IMG/VR virus record: IMGVR_UViG_3300031688_001339
From: a virus
Length of the DNA stretch: 64,000 bases
Reading direction: 5' to 3' (one strand)
Shown here: piece after piece, positions 1-8,835 of the stretch
How positions within the stretch are numbered: the first letter of the stretch is position 1
Layout: each line of letters begins with the position of its first letter
Program-made: the position numbers and the translations under genes
The notes under the pieces: generated by a model
Told to the model about the DNA's origin: nothing
The model's input: the letters and a program-made list of their open reading frames with translations, nothing else
The model's database searches: none

Positions 1-174
1 TATAAGCTTAAGAAGTACAAATGTACAGTGTGTGACGTTAAATTCATACACAATAAACCAGAGACATTGGTGGGTAAGTTAAGTATTATACCAGTAAACT
101 TGTGTAAGAAACATTTTACTTTTATAATGAAGAAAGATCATTTACCTCTTAATGATAATAGGAAAGAGGCATAA
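1..174 (+). CDS. partial small hypothetical protein, possible CxxC..CxxH zinc finger (5' truncated)
   Basis: Frame 1 is open from base 1: YKLKKYKCTVCDVKF...NLCKKHF...KEA*. The stop overlaps the next ATG (TAATG). Confidence 0.55.
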   Translation, partial: YKLKKYKCTVCDVKFIHNKPETLVGKLSIIPVNLCKKHFTFIMKKDHLPLNDNRKEA

Positions 175-386
175 TGGCACAATCAGTATATAGCTCCCAT
201 GATTGGAGAAAGAATACGGCAAGTGCAGTTGTGATGAACGCCGATACATTAGATAAAATGATGGTCAACGATTGTATAGTAAGGTTTATAGACCCTACTA
301 ACTTAAAAGAGACAGAGGTTGATCTATCAAGATTAGTCAGAGTCTTTGTAACAAATAAGGAGCAAAATAGAAAAAGTGTTAAATAA
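174..386 (+). CDS. hypothetical protein
   Basis: 70-aa ORF, translationally coupled to its neighbours. Confidence 0.65.
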   Translation: MAQSVYSSHDWRKNTASAVVMNADTLDKMMVNDCIVRFIDPTNLKETEVDLSRLVRVFVTNKEQNRKSVK

Positions 387-516
387 ATTAGATATAACGT
401 ATAAGATTGCCATTTTAGGTTTACTCATATACATGGCAATCAGTGTGAAAGAACTTCAAGACGAAGTGTTTAGAGATCCAAGCATAATGATACCAATGTT
501 TATGAAACCATTATAA
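376..516 (+). CDS. small membrane protein (46 aa, not in ORF track)
   Basis: GTG start after GGAG; MLNKLDITYKIAILGLLIYMAISVKELQDEV...; one hydrophobic helix; TAATG coupling to next ORF. Confidence 0.55.
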   Translation: MLNKLDITYKIAILGLLIYMAISVKELQDEVFRDPSIMIPMFMKPL

Positions 517-626
517 TGGGATTAGGTGGCCTATTTTTTATAGGAATGATATTAACGATAATCATATTGTATATTGCATACAGTATAGGTTCAAAAGATA
601 TGAAAGAAACAAAAGATGACGAATAG
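516..626 (+). CDS. small single-pass membrane protein (36 aa, not in ORF track)
   Basis: MGLGGLFFIGMILTIIILYIAYSIGSKDMKETKDDE; fills the gap, overlapping both neighbours. Confidence 0.55.
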   Translation: MGLGGLFFIGMILTIIILYIAYSIGSKDMKETKDDE

Positions 627-969
627 TGGAATGTTTGAAGACGGAGATGAGATTATCAAACTTAAAAAACAAATCTCAAAATTAAAACAAATCAAAAAAC
701 AAGAGGTGAGAAAACCTACAATGATTAAGAAGATAACACCATTACATGACTTCTCATGGTATTTAAAATGGTTCAGTTGTTTCTTAATACTAGTGGCAGT
801 ATGTTTAAGATCAACAGGTTCTTATGCTACTGGCGATCTATATTTTAGTTTGATAGGTACTCTAGGTTGGTTATGGGTAGGTATTCTATGGCATGACAGA
901 GCATTGATAGTACTGAACACGTGCCTTGCCCTTGTATTACTAATAGGAACAATGAAATTATATGTCTAA
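616..969 (+). CDS. hypothetical membrane protein (3 predicted TM helices)
   Basis: Hydrophobic C-terminal half (WYLKWFSCFLILVAV..GWLWVGILWHDRALIVLN). Confidence 0.7.
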   Translation: MTNSGMFEDGDEIIKLKKQISKLKQIKKQEVRKPTMIKKITPLHDFSWYLKWFSCFLILVAVCLRSTGSYATGDLYFSLIGTLGWLWVGILWHDRALIVLNTCLALVLLIGTMKLYV

Positions 970-1837
970 CGCATTTGTAATAGGTAACGGAGAAAGTCGT
1001 AAAGAATACGATTTAAATAAATTAAAAGGCAAAGGTAAAATTTATGGTTGTAATGCACTGTATAGAGAATTTACACCAGACGCTTTGATAGCAGTTGATT
1101 CTGGTATCACACATGAAATATATAACAGTGGTTACTGCCAAGAGAACGAAACATATTTAAGAGGTTGGACTAGATTGCCTGCTATGTTATACGACAGTGT
1201 AATAAATGCTGGTGCCTCTATATCTGCTCAAGAAATGGCAGTGGTCAAAGAGAACAATATGATTAACGCCAACGAGAAAGGTGATTGTCAAGAGTTTGTA
1301 ATGCATGGTTCTAATATATCTGGTGCAGTTAAAATAGTACAGAAAGATAAATCTATAACAGATAAGAATGTAAACCATACTGCTGTAGATGTTAGTTGGT
1401 GTACAATGAACTCTAAAGAACAATCTATTGACGATGTAATGACACCAAGAGATTTTGGATTTGGTGCAGGTCCTACAGCTGGTGCAATTGCCATAATACA
1501 AAATCAATCAAAAGTTGCTGCTGGTGAACTAGTAGAAAGTTTACAACTTTTTTTGGTTGGTAATGACCTAGCAACTAACGACAAAGAAGGCAAGATAAAC
1601 AACTTGTACAAAGACAGTAAATATTATGGTGTAAAAGATCAACAACAAGTGCTACCTGATAATTGGATTACACAATGGAAGTCATTGATAATAAACAACC
1701 CTAACGTGACTTTCTACAAAGTAAATCCAAACGCAGACCTAGGACATGACGCAATCAGTAGACCTATCAAAGATTGGGAAGGACATAAAAATGTCTTCTA
1801 TATTGATTACGAAACCATGGAGACATTAATAGGATAA
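962..1837 (+). CDS. conserved phage protein with GNGxS..GCN motif (Maf/MptE or sialyltransferase-like fold, putative)
   Basis: N-terminal AFVIGNGESR...IYGCNALYREF.PD.LIAVD and later L.G.D motif. Confidence 0.55.
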   Translation: MSNAFVIGNGESRKEYDLNKLKGKGKIYGCNALYREFTPDALIAVDSGITHEIYNSGYCQENETYLRGWTRLPAMLYDSVINAGASISAQEMAVVKENNMINANEKGDCQEFVMHGSNISGAVKIVQKDKSITDKNVNHTAVDVSWCTMNSKEQSIDDVMTPRDFGFGAGPTAGAIAIIQNQSKVAAGELVESLQLFLVGNDLATNDKEGKINNLYKDSKYYGVKDQQQVLPDNWITQWKSLIINNPNVTFYKVNPNADLGHDAISRPIKDWEGHKNVFYIDYETMETLIG

Positions 1838-1839
1838 CA

Positions 1840-1868
1840 TTGCCATTTAAGTGGTAGTGTGTTATATT
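1840..1868 (+). promoter_or_regulatory. sigma70-type (early) promoter
   Basis: TTGCCA-17 nt-TATATT with extended TG; ATG 5 nt after the -10 box. Confidence 0.6.
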
Positions 1869-1873
1869 AACAT

Positions 1874-2083
1874 ATGACAGTGAAGAAGAAAGATCAGAAT
1901 ATTGTTATTAACGACTATGTAAGATACTACGATAACTCCGCTGATAACGGACATGATATATCAATCCTGAAGACAGATGGTAGCCAACTTAAAATTAAGA
2001 TGAGGTGGCCAAAGGGAGAAGATAGAGTCAATAAACCTGGTAGAGCACATAAAACTGTTATAAATAACTATGATTCCGATTAA
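1874..2083 (+). CDS. hypothetical protein
   Basis: 69-aa ORF directly after the sigma70-like promoter. Confidence 0.6.
   Translation: MTVKKKDQNIVINDYVRYYDNSADNGHDISILKTDGSQLKIKMRWPKGEDRVNKPGRAHKTVINNYDSD
2059..2066 (+). promoter_or_regulatory. T4-type late promoter upstream of gene 32
   Basis: TATAAATA consensus. Confidence 0.6.
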
Positions 2084-2137
2084 ACAGGAAACACAAATAC
2101 AATAATACGAAAATATATACAAAAGGAGAATACGAAT

Positions 2138-3037
2138 ATGGATTTTGAAGCATTAAAATCATCATCAAGTGGCTTTGACAAATTAACTAAAGCACTTGAA
2201 ACAAACCTCAATCCTGAGGATAAATCAAACAAGAACAAATATCAAGACGACAGATTTTGGAAGCCTGAACTAGATAAAACTGGTAATGGTTACGCAGTGA
2301 TAAGATTTTTACCTGCTGTAGAGGGAGAAGAACTTCCTTGGCAGAGAGTATGGTCTCATGCTTTCCAAGATAAAGGTGGTTGGTATATTGAGAACTCATT
2401 AACAACAATGAACCAAAAAGATCCTGTGTCCGAAGAAAACACAAGATTGTGGAACACTGGTGTTGATAGTGATAAAGAAATTGCTAGAAAAAGAAAAAGA
2501 AAACTTTCTTATTTTGCAAATATTCTTGTAGTATCAGACCCAAAACATCCAGAATACGAGGGCAAAGTACACTTATTTAAATTTGGTAAAAAGATTTTTG
2601 ATAAGATTACAGAAGCAATGCAACCGGCATTTGAAGATGAGAAACCAATTAACCCATTTGACTTTTGGAAAGGTGCAAACTTTAAACTAAAAATCAGAAA
2701 AGTTGATGGTTACTGGAACTATGATAAGTCAGAATTTGAGGCAGTAACAAGTGTTGCTGAAAGTGACGAGGCGATCAAAACATTATGGTCAAGTCAACAC
2801 GCTCTTAAACCATTCTTGGCAACCGACAATTTTAAATCCTATGATGAACTCAAAGAGAAACTGATTAGGGTAATTGCTGGTACAAGAAGCACGAAGACAG
2901 CAGATAGCGAAGAGCTCCCGCCAACCGCTACACCTACTGGCAAAGTGCAGAGTATGAGTGAAATACCTACTACTCCAGCAGCTAGTGACGATGACGATAC
3001 GTTATCCTACTTTAGTAAATTAGCTGAAGACGAGTAG
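2138..3037 (+). CDS. gp32: single-stranded DNA-binding protein gp32
   Basis: DDRFWKPELDKTGNGYAVIRFLPA, KRKLSYFANILVV.DP, FKFGKKIFDKI, NYDKSEF, acidic C-terminal tail; SD AAGGAG. Confidence 0.97.
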   Translation: MDFEALKSSSSGFDKLTKALETNLNPEDKSNKNKYQDDRFWKPELDKTGNGYAVIRFLPAVEGEELPWQRVWSHAFQDKGGWYIENSLTTMNQKDPVSEENTRLWNTGVDSDKEIARKRKRKLSYFANILVVSDPKHPEYEGKVHLFKFGKKIFDKITEAMQPAFEDEKPINPFDFWKGANFKLKIRKVDGYWNYDKSEFEAVTSVAESDEAIKTLWSSQHALKPFLATDNFKSYDELKEKLIRVIAGTRSTKTADSEELPPTATPTGKVQSMSEIPTTPAASDDDDTLSYFSKLAEDE

Positions 3038-3068
3038 AACTAACAATTCCCTCCGTTAGGCATACTTT

Positions 3069-3098
3069 AAGGGCGACCCTCAAAAGTCGCCCTTTTTT
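3069..3098 (+). terminator. rho-independent terminator after gene 32
   Basis: AAGGGCGAC-cctcaaaa-GTCGCCCTT followed by a T run. Confidence 0.85.
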
Positions 3099-3101
3099 CG
3101 T

Positions 3102-3109
3102 TATAAATA
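3102..3109 (+). promoter_or_regulatory. T4-type late promoter
   Basis: TATAAATA, 6 nt before the ATG at 3116. Confidence 0.8.
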
Positions 3110-3115
3110 TACCGT

Positions 3116-3643
3116 ATGGCAATAAGTGTTTTAGATAAACTAGTAGATAACGCAGGTGGTACACCAAAGTCTGCTTCATGGTATAGAAAAGCAATATCAA
3201 CTATTGCAGATAGAGTAACATCTAGAAAGTTGATGAATCAAGGAAAACTAATTGGCCGACCAAGTGTTGGTAGATTAAATATGTTTTTCTATGACCCTAA
3301 ATACAAGAAGACATTACCATATTATGATACGTTTCCGTTGGTACTACCAATAGAGACAATACCAGGTGGATTTGCAGGTATTAACTTTCATTACCTACCA
3401 CCAGCACAGAGATTTACTTTGTTACAACAATTACAAAGATTTGCCGTAAGAGGCACTATTGATGATAAGAATAGATTTGATGTTAGTTATAATAGAGTAA
3501 AGAATATAAGTTTAACAAAAGGTGCAATTAAAAAATACTTATGGGCACATACTAGAAGTAGTTTTTTAAGAATAGATTATGATGAAGCTGCATTAGCAGT
3601 TTATTTGCCAGTTGCACAATTTAAAAAAGGGAAACCGTATTAA
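3116..3643 (+). CDS. gp2: DNA end protector protein (T4 gp2-like)
   Basis: FFYDPKYKKTLPYYDTFPLV, GINFHYLPP..R, KKYL..H motifs. Confidence 0.88.
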   Translation: MAISVLDKLVDNAGGTPKSASWYRKAISTIADRVTSRKLMNQGKLIGRPSVGRLNMFFYDPKYKKTLPYYDTFPLVLPIETIPGGFAGINFHYLPPAQRFTLLQQLQRFAVRGTIDDKNRFDVSYNRVKNISLTKGAIKKYLWAHTRSSFLRIDYDEAALAVYLPVAQFKKGKPY

Positions 3644-4623
3644 TGGCAATTTTAAGAGGCGGCAAAAGAATTGGTGGTTACGATATTCGTATCGGTATAC
3701 CGAGAGATAGATCACTAGACAACGTAACAGGTGATCCAAGATTAAAACGTACACAAGGTGGTAATCCTGAATCTACAATGGGTAGAGTACAGGCAATGGT
3801 CAACGAGGCAGAGGGTTTTGCTAGAAAGGCAAGATTTTATGTTGAGTTTCATTTACCTAAATCACTACCTGGTGACCTCAATGGTGGTGTAGGCAATGTA
3901 TCTTCTTCAATGACCGATGAAACGTATGACTCATTTTTTAAGGCCGAAGATATGAATGCTATGCACATTGCAAACGCTAAACGTGTTCAAGCATTTTGTA
4001 GTGCAATTGAAATGCCCGATAGAGAGATAGTCACAAAAGAAATTAGACATGGTAATGCTCCACCTAGAAACGTGGCATATGACATGAAGACACAAGAAAT
4101 AACAGCAACATTTTATGCAGACAAATATTTAAGAGAGAGATCGTATTTTGAGGCATGGCAATCAGCAGCATTTAGTAACAAGTCTTATAACTTAAATTAC
4201 TTTAAGAACTATGTAACTGATATGAGAATATATCAATTAGGTTCATTTGAGTCAAGACAAGAGAGAGACGAGATAACATATGGTGTACAACTTATGGAGT
4301 GTTTACCTACTTCTATTAGTAAAGTTGAATATTCACATGACGAGAATACTGTACAGACATTTTCTGTTACATTTAAATTTACAAACTGGATCAATTTCTT
4401 TTTAGATAAATCAGGCAATATTGAACTAGGCCAATCGCAGTTCAGTACACCAACAGTTAAACAAGATTCAGGTTTATTGGGAGGTTTATTAGGTAAACTA
4501 CCACCGGAATTGAGAAGAGCAGGTAGAGACGTGTTGAATGATTTGAGACGTAGAGTACCACTAGGTAAAATTACCGGCGGTAGAGCGTTCCCACCATTTA
4601 AACTACCACCAATAAATATATAA
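3643..4623 (+). CDS. gp54: baseplate tail-tube initiator (gp54-like)
   Basis: gp19-fold motifs (FCSAIEMP, ITATFYAD..ERSYFEAWQ, P.SIS.VEYS...VQTFSVTF) and synteny. Confidence 0.8.
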   Translation: MAILRGGKRIGGYDIRIGIPRDRSLDNVTGDPRLKRTQGGNPESTMGRVQAMVNEAEGFARKARFYVEFHLPKSLPGDLNGGVGNVSSSMTDETYDSFFKAEDMNAMHIANAKRVQAFCSAIEMPDREIVTKEIRHGNAPPRNVAYDMKTQEITATFYADKYLRERSYFEAWQSAAFSNKSYNLNYFKNYVTDMRIYQLGSFESRQERDEITYGVQLMECLPTSISKVEYSHDENTVQTFSVTFKFTNWINFFLDKSGNIELGQSQFSTPTVKQDSGLLGGLLGKLPPELRRAGRDVLNDLRRRVPLGKITGGRAFPPFKLPPINI

Positions 4624-4641
4624 TAACAAAAGGATAATATT

Positions 4642-5376
4642 ATGGCATTACCAATAATAGAGACACCAACATATGAGTTGACATTACCTTCCCAAGACAC
4701 AAAGATTAAATTCAGACCGTTTCTTGTTAAAGAAGAAAAAATGATGTTGATAGCATTAGAGTCTGGTGAAGAAAAACAAATACAAGACGCAACTAAAGAA
4801 GTTTTAGGTGCATGTACATTTAATAAATTAGACATGGACAATGTACCAACGTTTGACATAGAATATATGTTCTTACAAATAAGAGCCAAGTCAGTAGGTG
4901 AAGTTTCAAAATTCAAAGTAGTTTGTCCAGACGACAAGAAAACTTACGTAGATATTGAAATAGATTTATCTAAAGTTGAGGTACAAGTAGACGATGAACA
5001 CACAAATAGAGTAGTTATTGATGAACAAAGGCAATTAGGAGTTGTTCTTAAATACCCTACTTTAAAGATGTTAGGTCAAAAAGATACAATGTCGGCAGAC
5101 TATGATACTGTATTTGAAATGATGTTAAACTGTGTTGATCAAATATATGAGGGTGAGAAGATATACCCTGGTGTAGATACTAGTAAAGAAGAATTGAAAG
5201 ATTTCTTTGAGAAATTACCAACTGGTTCTTTTGAGAAGATTAAAAAATTCTTTGATACAATGCCTAGATTGAGACACGAGCAAGAGGTAACCAATCCTGT
5301 TACTGGTGTTAAGAGTACAGTGACCTTTACCGGTCTACAAGATTTTTTCGGATTGGCCTCTCCCATAATAGCCTAG
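4642..5376 (+). CDS. gp26: baseplate hub assembly protein gp26
   Basis: MALP...PTYELTLPS...FRPFLVKEEK, FDIEYMFLQIRAKSVGE, FF.TMP.L, GLQDFF end. Confidence 0.92.
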   Translation: MALPIIETPTYELTLPSQDTKIKFRPFLVKEEKMMLIALESGEEKQIQDATKEVLGACTFNKLDMDNVPTFDIEYMFLQIRAKSVGEVSKFKVVCPDDKKTYVDIEIDLSKVEVQVDDEHTNRVVIDEQRQLGVVLKYPTLKMLGQKDTMSADYDTVFEMMLNCVDQIYEGEKIYPGVDTSKEELKDFFEKLPTGSFEKIKKFFDTMPRLRHEQEVTNPVTGVKSTVTFTGLQDFFGLASPIIA

Positions 5377-5540
5377 AGGCCTACTTTGAAATTAACTTTT
5401 CGTTAATGCAACATCACAAGTATAGCATTAGTGAAATAGAAATGATGATACCATGGGAACGTGATATATACGTTACTATGTTGATCAACTATATTAAAGA
5501 AGAAAATGAACGAAGACAAAGAGAAAGTGCAGGAAAATAA
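5349..5540 (+). CDS. gp51: baseplate hub assembly chaperone gp51 (not in ORF track; -1 frame relative to gp26; first ATG only at 5406)
   Basis: LSHNSLEAYFEINFSLMQHHKYSISEIEMMIPWERDIYVTML... is the typical gp51 signature; stop TAA at 5538-5540. Confidence 0.85.
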   Translation, partial: RIGLSHNSLEAYFEINFSLMQHHKYSISEIEMMIPWERDIYVTMLINYIKEENERRQRESAGK

Positions 5541-5542
5541 AA

Positions 5543-5809
5543 ATGAAAAAGAAACAAATTAAAGAGAATAAGTTAGACATAGATGGTGATGGTAAGATAA
5601 GTTTTGCAGAAGCTTTCCCTTATTGGTTTGATAAGTTAAGAATATTCCCTAGAGTGTTCATATCAGTGTACATTTATATGTTCTATCAAGTGGCACAATG
5701 GTTTATGTTATTAGAAAGTCCAAATAATGCACAAGCAGGTCTTGTATCTGTTGTAGTAGGTGCTGGCGCTGCCTGGTTTGGGTTATATGTTAATTCAACA
5801 AAGAAATAG
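5543..5809 (+). CDS. small 2-TM membrane protein with N-terminal EF-hand-like loop (holin-like candidate)
   Basis: DIDGDGKISFAE followed by two hydrophobic helices. Confidence 0.6.
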   Translation: MKKKQIKENKLDIDGDGKISFAEAFPYWFDKLRIFPRVFISVYIYMFYQVAQWFMLLESPNNAQAGLVSVVVGAGAAWFGLYVNSTKK

Positions 5810-5810
5810 A

Positions 5811-5818
5811 TATAAATA
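5811..5818 (+). promoter_or_regulatory. T4-type late promoter
   Basis: TATAAATA, 5 nt before the ATG at 5824. Confidence 0.75.
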
Positions 5819-5823
5819 GTATT

Positions 5824-7200
5824 ATGGCATTACCATTAGTAGACAACCAAGACACAGATAACACTAGAATTGCAATAGAAAATTTAGGCAATCAAATTAT
5901 GGAAAGGGCGAGTTCGTCTATATCGGCGGCTACGAAGTCTATTATTCCTAATGTACCTAAAATGATTGAAACTTTAACTGTTGATCTACAAAAAGGTCCT
6001 ATTAATAGTTTTAATAATGTCATTGTAAAGTTAGAGAGAATGGTACAAGCATTAGGTTTAGATTTAAGAGAGTACAGTACAGACTTGGCTGACATGTTAC
6101 AACAAAGAGAAGAAAAGGCAATAGAGTCAGACAAGAGAGTAATGAACTTAAAGGAACAGAATATTGTTGCACGTGTTAACAAAGACACCAAAGAAGTTGA
6201 AATCTTAACTAGAGCACAAATAAGAACTGAAGAAAAATTATTAAAGAAGAAAGAACTGTCTATTATATTACTAGAGAAAGAGATTAAACTTGATAGAAAG
6301 AATTTACAAACAAAAGATAATCTATCTAACGCAGAGAAAAAGGCAACAAAAATTAGATTAGAAGAAAATTCAGAGAAGTTACAAAACATTAAAGGCGAAA
6401 GAGACCAATCAGCAGAAATGTTACAACCAAGTGGTTCAACAGTAGACACAGGCAGATCACAAGGTCTACCAATGTTTTTAGAAGAACTAAAAGACGCATT
6501 TATGGGACCTTTTCAAGCAATTGGTGAATCATTTAACATGATCAAAGATATGGGTAAAAACACAGGTGAGTTAATGAAATTCTTAGGTGGTGGTTTTCTT
6601 TCTACATTTAAATCATTAGGCAAAGGAATAAAAGCAATAGGTGGTTTCTTTACACTTGCAAGACTAGTGTTAATTGCTAAATTTGCATTGATTGTAGGCG
6701 CTCTAACATTTGTAGCATTGAACATCAAAAAGATCAAAAACTTCTTTGTTAAAATTATAGATTGGTTTAGAAATTCAAAACTAGGTAAACTATTAGGTCT
6801 TAACAAAGACCAAACACCAGAGGAGAAAATAGAGAGAAAGAGAAAACAAGAAAGTTTTGGTATGGACGATATGATGAGTGATTTTCCTTCTGTTGAGAAA
6901 TATGAAGACGCAGGTCCTCAAAATGCACCTATAGAGAAGAATAGTAAAATGGGTACAAAACGTATTGATCAATTAAATAACAATGATTTTAAGTTTACTG
7001 ATAACAAAGCGGCAGTAACAGAGTTTGATAGTTTACAAAAGAAAGCAAACGAACAATTATCAAAGAATAATATAATAATTAATAATAACTCACCAACTGT
7101 AAATTCATCAAGTAGTGGATCAGTAGTATCAGGTTTTATTAATAATAGAGCAGACGATAGCTTTATAAATGTAGGCAACAAAAGTTGGGCAGACGTTTAA
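5824..7200 (+). CDS. putative tape measure / baseplate hub protein (gp29-like)
   Basis: Coiled-coil then amphipathic/TM segments; lies after gp26/gp51 and before gp4/gp48. Confidence 0.6.
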   Translation: MALPLVDNQDTDNTRIAIENLGNQIMERASSSISAATKSIIPNVPKMIETLTVDLQKGPINSFNNVIVKLERMVQALGLDLREYSTDLADMLQQREEKAIESDKRVMNLKEQNIVARVNKDTKEVEILTRAQIRTEEKLLKKKELSIILLEKEIKLDRKNLQTKDNLSNAEKKATKIRLEENSEKLQNIKGERDQSAEMLQPSGSTVDTGRSQGLPMFLEELKDAFMGPFQAIGESFNMIKDMGKNTGELMKFLGGGFLSTFKSLGKGIKAIGGFFTLARLVLIAKFALIVGALTFVALNIKKIKNFFVKIIDWFRNSKLGKLLGLNKDQTPEEKIERKRKQESFGMDDMMSDFPSVEKYEDAGPQNAPIEKNSKMGTKRIDQLNNNDFKFTDNKAAVTEFDSLQKKANEQLSKNNIIINNNSPTVNSSSSGSVVSGFINNRADDSFINVGNKSWADV

Positions 7201-7634
7201 CGGCCAATACCTAAATCCTTTTCAGTAATAATCTTAAATTCAGCATTTTGATCTTCACAATATTTTGAAGCGGCTTGCCATTTGGCTTGGTTCTTGATAT
7301 ACTCTAAAGATTCACGCATGTAAGACTTGGTCTTTCTGCTTACTGGTTTCTTTGGTGGTTTGCATTGACGTGATGGTTTAATCTCTATAATCAATTTCTT
7401 ACCTTGTTTAGTCTTCACTATGAAGTCAGGATAGTATCTGTGCCATTTGTTATCAATTGGACTGTAGTATCTAATTGCCAATTCTTCACTTGCCCAATTA
7501 TCTATGTTAGGACTGTTATCGCAGAACACCATAAACCGTCTCTCTAAAAGAGACCGATATATGATGGTCTTTACGTTACCTACATACTTTCCTGGGTTGA
7601 TTGGGTTATATATTCCTTTAAAAGACTTCTTCAT
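7197..7634 (-). CDS. gp4: head completion nuclease gp4 (TnsA-like)
   Basis: KY.G....IIYRS.LE..FM..CD, W.SEE..I.Y, YYPDF, IEIKP..Q, N.AKW.AA; likely start MKKSFKG. Confidence 0.92.
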   Translation of the reverse strand: MKKSFKGIYNPINPGKYVGNVKTIIYRSLLERRFMVFCDNSPNIDNWASEELAIRYYSPIDNKWHRYYPDFIVKTKQGKKLIIEIKPSRQCKPPKKPVSRKTKSYMRESLEYIKNQAKWQAASKYCEDQNAEFKIITEKDLGIGR

Positions 7635-7639
7635 AATGT

Positions 7640-7647
7640 TATAAATA
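7640..7647 (+). promoter_or_regulatory. T4-type late promoter for gp48 operon
   Basis: TATAAATA. Confidence 0.7.
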
Positions 7648-7673
7648 TACAATATATATAAGAGAATTAAAAT

Positions 7674-8834
7674 ATGGCTTGGACATCAAAGATAGCAAAC
7701 GTAATCAAAGGTAAAGTAGGAACAATGATTGGCTCATCAATTGCCAATAAATTGAGTTTCGCTTCATCTGGTCAAACAACCAAAGTCGCTGCTAAACTAT
7801 TAAATAAATCACCACTAGAGATAGGCACAGTAGGTCCTACTTCTCACATGGAATCTGTAAACAATCCATATCAATATGGTACTGTCTCATATCCTAGAGA
7901 GGCAGGTAATTTAGGTGCTGGTCACTATATAATATTTGATATTGTAAATCACAAGTCATCTAAATTTAAAAATCAAACATTTAAAAATGGTAAACTATCA
8001 TCATCTAAAGAGGTGCCAATGGGTGATTTTGACGCTCCAAGTAACAGAATTGCTAATATCAAAAGAAAAGGTATTACACAATCAAGCAGATTAAGATCAA
8101 CATCTACAGGTATCATGTCTAAAGTTGATGACAATCACAATTATATTTCAGATAGTATTATATTATACACACCAGCCGAGGGAATGAAATTCAATTATAG
8201 TGTAAACTATGAAGACACGCAGACAGGTCTTGCAGGAGATTTAGGTCAAGCACTTGGTGGTATAATGAACGATCCAGGTTTCTTAAACAAGATAGAAGCT
8301 GGCGCCAAAGGTGTTGCCGGTATTGGTAGTGAATTAGGTAAGACTGCCTTATTCGCAGCTGCTAGTATCATACCAGGTTTTGAGAATAGTAGACAACTAT
8401 ACGACAAGGCACTAGGTCAGGCAAAGAACCCTAATTTAGAAACAATATTCCAATCAGTACCATTTAGATCGTTTTCTTTTCCATTTATATTTGCACCTAA
8501 AGATGAGAAAGAGAAAGATGATGTACATAAAATTTTACAACTGTTTAGATTTCATATGTTACCAGAACAACAAGCAAGTGCTATAACTAATGGTTATTTC
8601 AATACGCCAAGTGAGTTTCAAATTACTTACATGTATAGAGAAAATGAAAACAGTTACTTACCAAGAATTAGTAGATGTGTTTTAAAATCTTGTAACATAG
8701 ACTATGCACCAGAGGGTGTTGTGTCTTCACTGATACCAGATGAGAAAGGCGCACCACCTACTATCATCAATATGAATTTAGAGTTTGGCGAAACAGAAAT
8801 TATGACTAAACAAACAGTAGCGGAGGGTTTCTAA
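7674..8834 (+). CDS. gp48: baseplate tail-tube cap gp48
   Basis: NPNLETIFQSVPFRSFSFPFIFAPKDEKE, F.FHMLP, P.EF.I.Y, L.FGETEI. Confidence 0.88.
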   Translation: MAWTSKIANVIKGKVGTMIGSSIANKLSFASSGQTTKVAAKLLNKSPLEIGTVGPTSHMESVNNPYQYGTVSYPREAGNLGAGHYIIFDIVNHKSSKFKNQTFKNGKLSSSKEVPMGDFDAPSNRIANIKRKGITQSSRLRSTSTGIMSKVDDNHNYISDSIILYTPAEGMKFNYSVNYEDTQTGLAGDLGQALGGIMNDPGFLNKIEAGAKGVAGIGSELGKTALFAAASIIPGFENSRQLYDKALGQAKNPNLETIFQSVPFRSFSFPFIFAPKDEKEKDDVHKILQLFRFHMLPEQQASAITNGYFNTPSEFQITYMYRENENSYLPRISRCVLKSCNIDYAPEGVVSSLIPDEKGAPPTIINMNLEFGETEIMTKQTVAEGF

Positions 8835-8835
8835 T

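Noticed and set aside
4233-4937. 234-aa minus-strand ORF, and similar antisense ORFs such as 5892-6449, 24610-25065 and 28312-28794
   Set aside because: They overlap well-supported plus-strand structural genes and carry no recognisable motifs.
7197-7652. TnsA-like endonuclease as evidence of a transposon or homing element
   Set aside because: Motifs and synteny identify it as the core T4 head completion protein gp4.
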